From positions 32,001-96,000 of the IMG/VR virus record IMGVR_UViG_3300021437_000001: a stretch of DNA of 64,000 nt. The stretch is one strand, 5' to 3'. The notes under the pieces are model-generated. The model ran no database searches and had not been told where the DNA came from. It worked only from the letters and a program-made list of their open reading frames with translations. Below, piece by piece: positions 57,887 through 64,000 of the stretch (the stretch's first letter is position 1; every line of letters starts with the position of its first letter). The stretch comes from a virus. Position numbers and translations under genes: made by a program.

Positions 57887-58084
57887 CTAAAGACCGTACC
57901 ATGTCAAACTGAGACGGTCTTGATTTTCATTCAATCGGTCAAGTTCAAGGTCTGTCAAGTCTTGCAACGTGTCAAGATAGCTTGCGGACTGGACAAAAAA
58001 GCCGTCGCCGTCCAGTGACTCGACGCAAGCCTCAATTTTTCGACCGTCAACGGTCAAAACAAGATCTTTTTTGCGTTGTCTCAT
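57887..58084 (-). CDS. Hypothetical early-region protein
   Basis: 65 aa acidic ORF after the Gp88-like gene. Confidence 0.5.
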   Translation of the reverse strand: MRQRKKDLVLTVDGRKIEACVESLDGDGFFVQSASYLDTLQDLTDLELDRLNENQDRLSLTWYGL

Positions 58085-58085
58085 A

Positions 58086-58754
58086 TTAAGCCACCTTATC
58101 CCACGTCGTGTTTTGATAGTTTTTTGCGCCGTGATAGACTAGACCGATTTTGTTTTGCTTGCCTTGCGCCGCTATCAAGTCGTCTTGCGTGCTGTCAACG
58201 TAGCCAGCCGCTTGCAATGCCTCTAGACTTTCAAACACTTTCGAGTGAAAGTCTGTCTCAATTTGAATCAAGTCGTCTTGTTTGCCACCGAAGGAAAAAA
58301 TGACTCGGAATGAGACAGGCAAGTTTTTATAGGACTGTATCATTTTGACCATTTTTGAATAGGCATAAAATGAGACACGTTTTTCTGTCTCAAAATGGCG
58401 CATGATTGCAATCCATTTTTCAAAATATTCAAGGCTGTAAAAATCACCCGCATCATGAATTCTCACTTTGAGATTTTCAACGCTTCTCTTTTTGAGCCAT
58501 GTCTCAATTTCGGAAATCATTGCAGGGACAAAATTCTCACTTTGAGACAGTTCAAGTTTTGCATTATGAGCCGATACGGACGACTTGAAACGATACGTTC
58601 CAGATCGAGCGTAGCATCCTGAGACGCATGCGCTTGCCATTGGGCACGTCTTGAAACCTGTCTCAGATTGAAACGCTGGCAAGGTCCAGTTAACGACCGT
58701 TGTCCCACTTTGAGACGACTTTTTCATTTTTGCATTTTGAGTTAACAATATCAT
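58086..58754 (-). CDS. Gp88-like protein (Cys-cluster, radical-SAM-like fold)
   Basis: N.KM.K, TCP.AS.C...CYA..G, VRIHDAGDFYS..Y, FYAYSK. Confidence 0.75.
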   Translation of the reverse strand: MILLTQNAKMKKSSQSGTTVVNWTLPAFQSETGFKTCPMASACVSGCYARSGTYRFKSSVSAHNAKLELSQSENFVPAMISEIETWLKKRSVENLKVRIHDAGDFYSLEYFEKWIAIMRHFETEKRVSFYAYSKMVKMIQSYKNLPVSFRVIFSFGGKQDDLIQIETDFHSKVFESLEALQAAGYVDSTQDDLIAAQGKQNKIGLVYHGAKNYQNTTWDKVA

Positions 58755-58801
58755 TTTGATACTCCTTTGTTTTGCAAGCCGTCTTGACTTGCTTGACTAT
58801 C

Positions 58802-58828
58802 TTATCGGTCACTTTTTTAAAAACTTGA
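58802..58828 (-). promoter_or_regulatory. sigma28 (FliA)-type promoter
   Basis: TCAAGTTT-N11-ACCGATAA, identical to 57460-57486. Confidence 0.7.
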
Positions 58829-58848
58829 GGCCTTTTTTGCAAAAAAAT

Positions 58849-58883
58849 AAAAAAAGAGGCCGTATCAGATTGATACAGCCCCT
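58849..58883 (-). terminator. Intrinsic terminator built on the palindrome motif
   Basis: Minus strand AGGGGCTGTATCA-ATC-TGATACGGCCTCT followed by a T run. Confidence 0.75.
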
Positions 58884-58895
58884 ATTCGTCTCAAA

Positions 58896-59684
58896 TTAAG
58901 CCGCTTTGATCAATTGAGTCGCAGCGTCCCATATTGAGGCGTTCAAGTCGATAGCTTTCACGCTTTCAGTCTTGATTTTGCGTGCTGTCATGTTGCGGAC
59001 GTTTTGCACGCCGTTCTCATCTTGAGACACTGTTTGGTATCTCAATCCGAAACGAATAATGTTCTCTTGTATCACATTGAGACAACTAAACAAGTCATTT
59101 TTTGCGTCGTCTTGACGTCGGACTTTCAGCAAGTCCGCAATCTCAATCTTGACAACGTTGTCAATGCCTTGCAATCGGATTGACGCAACGTCTTGCGCAA
59201 GCTTGATCAACTCACTCGGTGACACGTCACGGGCTTGCATCATTTTGACCGTATCAACTAAAGACTCACGTTGAGCAACTAGTCTCGGAATGAGACTGTC
59301 AAGTTCTTGATACGGATTGCCTAAGTGTTTCACTTTGATTGTCTCAAAATGAGTCCCAACGTTCAATTGGTTGGCGCAAGTCCCACGGAAAAGACCTAAA
59401 ACGCCTTGAAGTGAGCCGTATAAATGTGGGACTTTAAAAATGATGTCAAAACCGAGGCCGTCAATTGCAAAACCGTCTCTTGATCGGTATCTTGCAACGG
59501 TCGTTTGAAAGTCTTGACGGTCTGGACTTTTTGCCTTGCCTGTCTTAAGATGAACTAGGTCAAAACCGTGACTGTCTAGGACTTCAGCTATCAATGCGGG
59601 CTTGATAGCTTGAAAGCGGTCTGATTTTGAAACGTGTTTTTGATCTTGCACGAAGCTAGTTGAAACTGTGTTATTTTGAGACAT
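58896..59684 (-). CDS. DUF932/DUF945-family protein
   Basis: SDRF..I.......L...GF, GLFR..C.N, LL..RR..D...DL....NVIQEN.I, LN..IW; AAAGGAAG RBS before ATG 59684. Confidence 0.75.
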   Translation of the reverse strand: MSQNNTVSTSFVQDQKHVSKSDRFQAIKPALIAEVLDSHGFDLVHLKTGKAKSPDRQDFQTTVARYRSRDGFAIDGLGFDIIFKVPHLYGSLQGVLGLFRGTCANQLNVGTHFETIKVKHLGNPYQELDSLIPRLVAQRESLVDTVKMMQARDVSPSELIKLAQDVASIRLQGIDNVVKIEIADLLKVRRQDDAKNDLFSCLNVIQENIIRFGLRYQTVSQDENGVQNVRNMTARKIKTESVKAIDLNASIWDAATQLIKAA

Positions 59685-59736
59685 TTTGCACTTCCTTTGT
59701 TTTAACGGTCGCATCATTGCGCCGTCGATAGTTAAC

Positions 59737-59763
59737 TTATCGGTGACTTTTTAAAAAACTTGA
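59737..59763 (-). promoter_or_regulatory. sigma28 (FliA)-type promoter
   Basis: TCAAGTTT-N11-ACCGATAA. Confidence 0.7.
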
Positions 59764-59920
59764 GGCCTTTTTTAAAAAAAACTTATCTTTTTTGCATCGA
59801 CTCGACAACTGTCTTAATTTGAGCCGTTGTCGGTATTGACACCATCAAGCACGCCGCCCCATAAAGATACAGTCCTAAAATGAGACTAAAAGCTATTAAC
59901 TGTTTCATATTGAGATTCTC

Positions 59921-60070
59921 CTATTGTTTAGTATTTAAGTCAAGTATATTCTCATCTTGAGACGAAAAAGACTCGACCGCTAAGTATCCCAATATGAGAC
60001 ACCAAGCTGTTGTGTATCCATTTGAGCCGAAAGTCAAGTAAACAAAAATAAGCAATGAAAACTGTTTCAT
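59921..60070 (-). CDS. Small hydrophobic peptide
   Basis: MKQFSLLIFVYL..., AAAAGGGG RBS-like before ATG 60070. Confidence 0.4.
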   Translation of the reverse strand: MKQFSLLIFVYLTFGSNGYTTAWCLILGYLAVESFSSQDENILDLNTKQ

Positions 60071-60086
60071 ATTGATACGCCCCTTT

Positions 60087-60356
60087 TTATTCAAAATCAG
60101 ATAAGTCAAAACCCATTGAGTCAACGGCTTGCAAGACAGGCGTCTCAAAATGAGACTCATATAGACTTATCAAGTCTTGACCTAGGTCTTGCACGGCTTG
60201 ACTTTTTGACGCTTGCATTGCACGCAAGGCTTTCGACTTATAACTCATGTCACCACCCATGCAACGGTCAAGCTGTCTCAAAGTGAGATGCTCAACGATT
60301 TCTGTCCAGATTTGAGACATTTGAGCTTGAACTTGACGATTTTTGTCTTGTCTCAT
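60087..60356 (-). CDS. Hypothetical early-region protein
   Basis: 89 aa, AAAGG upstream. Confidence 0.55.
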   Translation of the reverse strand: MRQDKNRQVQAQMSQIWTEIVEHLTLRQLDRCMGGDMSYKSKALRAMQASKSQAVQDLGQDLISLYESHFETPVLQAVDSMGFDLSDFE

Positions 60357-60357
60357 A

Positions 60358-60519
60358 TTAAGCCGCCTTTCTCAAAACGATACATACGGTTGGATTGTTC
60401 TCAAATTGAGCCTGTTGCTTTTTGATACGTTTTGGCTTGCTTGCGCCCTCGGCGTGTCCAGCCTTAAGTTTTGTCAAAATCACGTTTTTTTGTCCAGCTA
60501 TCAGTTTAGGTTGTCTCAT
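60358..60519 (-). CDS. Small basic protein (not in ORF track), first gene after the sigma54-type promoter
   Basis: ATG 60519 to TAA 60358, 53 aa MRQPKLIAGQKNVILTKLKAGH...LRKAA; GAAAGG RBS. Confidence 0.5.
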   Translation of the reverse strand: MRQPKLIAGQKNVILTKLKAGHAEGASKPKRIKKQQAQFENNPTVCIVLRKAA

Positions 60520-60556
60520 TTTGAAGCCTTTCGTTTCGGGTTGATACTTAACTATC

Positions 60557-60574
60557 TTGCACGCCGCATGCCAA
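60557..60574 (-). promoter_or_regulatory. sigma54 (RpoN)-type -24/-12 promoter
   Basis: Minus strand TTGGCATGCGGCGTGCAA: GG-N10-GC spacing; predicted start about 60547, roughly 28 nt before ATG 60519. Confidence 0.6.
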
Positions 60575-60832
60575 CGTAAACACCTGAATTCACTTAAGTC
60601 TCAATCTGAGAAAGCGTCGATCTTTTAGTCAATCCAGCCCCTAAACCCTAAACCCCAGCAAAACCCACTACTTAAGGCCTGTCAATCTTATATACAAGAG
60701 TGACAGTTTTTGTCAAGTATCTCATATTGGTACACTGCCACGTTTTCACCTATATATAGAAAAACAACATAATCCCATAGTGAGACATATACACTTATTA
60801 AGGTCTATCTAGTCAAGGTCAAGTCTAGACCT

Positions 60833-60986
60833 AGGTCAACGGATAGCGTGACGATAGGTCAAGGCCTTGAGATAGTATTGCGGCAAGGTCAACGGATAGC
60901 AAGACAGAAAGGATTGAAATCTCAATATGAGACATGAATGGGTGTGAGTGTGTTGGAATGAGACAATCAGCGGATAGCAAGACAGA
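60833..60986 (+). repeat. Short direct repeats in the long non-coding region
   Basis: AGGTCAACGGATAGC at 60833 and 60886; CGGATAGCAAGACAGA at 60893 and 60971. Confidence 0.7.
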
Positions 60987-61381
60987 CGACCGTTGTCAAG
61001 CGTCAAAAAACTATCTAGTCGAGCGCAAAGCGTTTCAATTTGAGAATCTATGCGAAAATAAAAAAGAAAAAAGAAAGCGTCTCAAAATGAGACTCTGACG
61101 ATAATGTATATTATCATCACGTTTCAAAATGAGAATCCTCAATGAATACGGGGGGATAGCTGCGTTGCAGTGCCGAGGCCCTATGCTTGTGCCTAGTAGT
61201 CTCTCACAATTTTTTTAGCATTATATTAGTTGACGCACTGCGTTAAGCCTACAGTTTGCCAGACAGTTGATTTCCAGAAACGAAAATCCTGATTGAAAAT
61301 TTTATTTTTTGAGTGTGTAATAAGTTCTTGATTAGATTGCTAGTTTTTGTATTTTTTACACTTATAAATGACGCATTGCAT

Positions 61382-61639
61382 CTAAAAGTTAGTTTTGCTT
61401 CTACCTGTCCGGTTCAGTGTCGTTTCCAGACAGCTTAGGGTCATCCCAGGGAAACTTACAGGACTTCTTGTGCATGTCGGACGTATTGTTTGACGCACTG
61501 CATCTGAGGCTTTCTCGACGGTTTCACGAACCATATAATGAGCTACGATGATACTCAATCCTCCGACAACAATTGTCAAGCCGACTCCCCATGCAACGGC
61601 ACATGCGATAGAATCAGCCACACTGTGAAATTTTTTCAT
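61382..61639 (-). CDS. Small membrane protein
   Basis: One TM segment; coupled to the PDZ gene. Confidence 0.45.
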   Translation of the reverse strand: MKKFHSVADSIACAVAWGVGLTIVVGGLSIIVAHYMVRETVEKASDAVRQTIRPTCTRSPVSFPGMTLSCLETTLNRTGRSKTNF

Positions 61640-62166
61640 TTCCTACCGCCTAGGCAGATCTTGTCTCTAGTCATCGTCAAAGTCAGAAATTCTCCGGTAC
61701 TTGGTCGAAAAATCATAAGTCGTACAATAGTCCCAGGTTCTCCCCTAATTTCGGGTCCGGTCTGAGAATCTACAGATTTTATGACATCTCCAATGCGCAA
61801 CCCAGCTTTATCCGCTGGATAGCCTTTTGCAACTTCGTCTACTGTATCAGTCAGGAAATCTTGTTGTATCCCAACCCCACCGTACCAACGGTCATCTTGG
61901 CATTCTGTCAACCCTTCGACTTTTTCTTTTTTAAGCTTTTCGATTGTCGCCTCATCTTCTTGAGGTTCTGGAGGTTCAACCATTTCCACTTCTATGACTT
62001 TTGGCAGAATATCTTGAAAAGTCTCTTTAGACCCAGCCCTCTGCCCTATACCTTCTCCAGACTTACCTTGTTTTTCTTCAGATGGAATATAAAGCACAAC
62101 GGCTAGCAAGACAGCTAGGTGTAAAAGTAAACTTGTCACAAAAGGTAAGTATTTTTTGTAATTCAT
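61636..62166 (-). CDS. Membrane-anchored PDZ-domain protein
   Basis: TonB-like anchor SLLLH; YGGVGI...V..GYPADKAGLR.GD.I..VD...IRGEPGT.V.L.I.R (S41-type PDZ), no protease domain. Confidence 0.75.
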   Translation of the reverse strand: MNYKKYLPFVTSLLLHLAVLLAVVLYIPSEEKQGKSGEGIGQRAGSKETFQDILPKVIEVEMVEPPEPQEDEATIEKLKKEKVEGLTECQDDRWYGGVGIQQDFLTDTVDEVAKGYPADKAGLRIGDVIKSVDSQTGPEIRGEPGTIVRLMIFRPSTGEFLTLTMTRDKICLGGRK

Positions 62167-62342
62167 TAATCCTCAACTAAAATACAATTGCAGGGCTTTT
62201 GCACAGGCTTCGGCCTGACTCTCAGTCAAAAACCTATCGTAGATTTCTTCACCAAGCAGTACAAACCAAGCACCTTGCTTCTGGACAGTGGATTTTCGTA
62301 ACTGTTCGAAACTTAGAGCTTTTTGGTGAACAACTCTAATCA

Positions 62343-62585
62343 TTAAACCGCCCCGCTATCTCTGTCATCATCCCAGAAAGGTTTTACTTTCTCATTTTTA
62401 AACCCTTTACCAGGATTTACAACTTCCACTAATTCTACCCGTACCTTAACGACTCCGCAACTCTCAACGCAACGACGTTCACGTCGCAAGTCTTCGACAC
62501 TGCAATAGACTTCAGTTCCGCCAAGAGCTTCTCCAATTTCCCAATCCCAATCGGTCTGGCACATATAGCCGTATTTGTCGCTCAT
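62343..62585 (-). CDS. Hypothetical protein
   Basis: Coupled small ORF. Confidence 0.5.
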   Translation of the reverse strand: MSDKYGYMCQTDWDWEIGEALGGTEVYCSVEDLRRERRCVESCGVVKVRVELVEVVNPGKGFKNEKVKPFWDDDRDSGAV

Positions 62586-62788
62586 TCAAACAAATCCTTT
62601 TTGTAATTTTTACTCGCATCTTTACCAAGATCAACTTTCAGTAGTCCTGGAGTAGTATCCTTCTCTTTGCACTCCCACGAACAAAAGTGCACAACACTCC
62701 CCTTCTTCGTGTGCCGCTCATACGGCGCACACTCAGTCGAGATTAGTTTCCGACAAATGTCACAAATCGTACCGCCCAGCTTTTTCAC
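62582..62788 (-). CDS. Small zinc-binding (TRASH/YHS-like) protein
   Basis: CDIC...HFCSWEC. Confidence 0.5.
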   Translation of the reverse strand: MKKLGGTICDICRKLISTECAPYERHTKKGSVVHFCSWECKEKDTTPGLLKVDLGKDASKNYKKDLFE

Positions 62789-62941
62789 AACTCATACCCC
62801 GTGAAAACTTGACAATTACATTTGTACACCACTAAATAATGGTCTAAAACATAATCTACAATACGAATTTCAATAATTTGGGCATTGTAGTTTCCCAGTA
62901 CAGATACGACACCTGATAGGTTTGATTGATAAAACGTAAAA

Positions 62942-63250
62942 CTATAAGTTGTCATTACATTCTCCCTTCATAATTTTGCCTGCTGATTCGAGTGCTGATT
63001 CTAATATGCCAGAAACAGTAACCGCACATAGCTCATCCTCAACTCTAATTGCTTCCTTGATTCCATCCCGCAGCACTTCATTCGCAGCTCGAAGTTTCTC
63101 GATTATATCCAGCATATTAATGCTAGTAGTTATTGGTGATTCGGCTTTTAGTTCAGCTATCTCAGCCTCAAGTTGCTCGATTCTTTTTTGCCCAAGTTTT
63201 AACTCGTCTTCGTGAATATACGTTCCTAGTTTATAGTCAGCTTTATTCAT
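62942..63250 (-). CDS. Hypothetical coiled-coil protein
   Basis: RIEQLEAEIAELK heptads; start about 63250. Confidence 0.5.
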   Translation of the reverse strand: MNKADYKLGTYIHEDELKLGQKRIEQLEAEIAELKAESPITTSINMLDIIEKLRAANEVLRDGIKEAIRVEDELCAVTVSGILESALESAGKIMKGECNDNL

Positions 63251-63446
63251 TCCGCACCAACCTTCTTTCTTCACAAGACATATAGTCTCCGACTGTACAT
63301 GAATTTCCCCATTCTATTAGTTTCACGCTGCCATTAACTTTTTTTGCTTTTTTCTTGGCCCAAAATAATGACTTATAATACGCCAGATTGATAATGTTTG
63401 ATTTTTTGGTGGTCCACTCAACTACGAACTTCACTCCGCCCTCCAT
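63243..63446 (-). CDS. Hypothetical protein
   Basis: Small ORF in a run of minus-strand genes. Confidence 0.4.
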   Translation of the reverse strand: MEGGVKFVVEWTTKKSNIINLAYYKSLFWAKKKAKKVNGSVKLIEWGNSCTVGDYMSCEERRLVRNE

Positions 63447-63579
63447 TTACCTTTAGGGCAACTCGCCCATTTAACTCTCACCTTCACTTCTATGAAACAT
63501 TTACACGCACCACAGCGTATTCCTACCTTCGCAGGGCATTTCCCACATATCTCTAAACGTTTCATTACATAATCTTTCA

Positions 63580-63891
63580 CTACTGTGATTCCTTCTTTAG
63601 TTCCTGTTCACTATATAATAGTTGATTCAATCTGTCAACTTCTTTTCTGAGTCTCTCTATTTCGGTTTCATAGTAAAGAGTGTGATCTACCCGTTTTACA
63701 ATAAATGTCGCAGTCATGTTACTGCCACCTTGCCAGGCTGTCTTCGAGGCTTGGCCGAGAGACAGGTCTCGGTAATCGGGGAAGATGAGGTGCCATTCAT
63801 CGGGTGCTAGGTTCGGGTCAGCCGTTATTTCAAATGCTTTTTTGTAATCGGCGATTTGCTGTGGACTCATGAACATTTCGGGTTGGGACAT
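63580..63891 (-). CDS. Hypothetical protein
   Basis: 103 aa minus-strand ORF. Confidence 0.5.
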   Translation of the reverse strand: MSQPEMFMSPQQIADYKKAFEITADPNLAPDEWHLIFPDYRDLSLGQASKTAWQGGSNMTATFIVKRVDHTLYYETEIERLRKEVDRLNQLLYSEQELKKESQ

Positions 63892-64000
63892 TGGTTTAAT
63901 GGGTTGACCGCCGATAGTAACGACGGCGTCAGAACTCTTTAATACTTTCGGTTCTACCTCTGGTAGTGGAAGATGGCCGAATGAGTCTTGTGCTCGCTTC

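Larger units (their letters stand above)
55217..61135. repeat. Dense dispersed array of GTCTCA-N3-TGAGAC palindromes
   Basis: Perfect copies at 56253-56267, 57873-57887, 60142-60156 and 61079-61093; one-mismatch copies at 56881, 57139, 57628, 57794, 59282, 59341, 60598 and 60919 among others; about 60-70 degenerate copies by hand count. Confidence 0.9.

Noticed and set aside
60638-60657. CCCTAAACCCTAAACCCC resembling a plant telomere repeat
   Set aside because: Only two units; expected by chance and without supporting context.
55217-61135. Palindrome array as a CRISPR array or canonical parS cluster
   Set aside because: Copies are 15 bp, degenerate, irregularly spaced and inside ORFs, with no repeat-spacer period or cas operon. 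Canonical parS has GTTTCA-CG-TGAAAC (2-nt centre) whereas this motif has a 3-nt centre, and no ParB is seen in the window.
321-63810. Many short opposite-strand or nested ORFs in the track (e.g. 2404..2730, 50789..51259, 54667..55095, 56084..56521)
   Set aside because: They shadow well-supported genes and lack an RBS or recognisable motifs.
1-64000. tRNA genes, introns, inteins or stop-codon reassignment
   Set aside because: No cloverleaf or splice/intein motifs were recognised by eye, and core genes are full-length in the standard code; a covariance-model scan was not run.

Overview
64 kb segment of a large tailed dsDNA phage genome (standard genetic code; no tRNA, rRNA, CRISPR array or integrase seen). 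Layout: tail/receptor-binding genes (1-10.9 kb); a replication, recombination and nucleotide block (SF2 helicase, GroEL, PD-(D/E)XK nuclease, AEP primase-SF4 helicase, family A polymerase, dNMP kinase, CYTH, RecA, RuvC, class II RNR, dUTPase; 11-34 kb); lytic transglycosylase, terminase, HNH, portal and head morphogenesis genes (34-41 kb); a minus-strand repair/counter-defence block (41-46 kb); a protease/chaperone block (46-50 kb); rIIB/rIIA; and a minus-strand early-type region (51-61 kb). The most unusual signal is in the early region. About 60-70 degenerate copies (hand count) of the palindrome GTCTCA-N3-TGAGAC fill 55.2-61.15 kb, inside ORFs, over start codons and in terminator stems. The region is headed by a sigma54-type promoter and carries eight sigma28 (FliA)-type promoters. 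The phage also encodes a stand-alone Fis/NtrC-type HTH. A Bdellovibrionota-like predatory host is inferred, not shown. All protein calls come from motif recognition by eye; no database searches were run.
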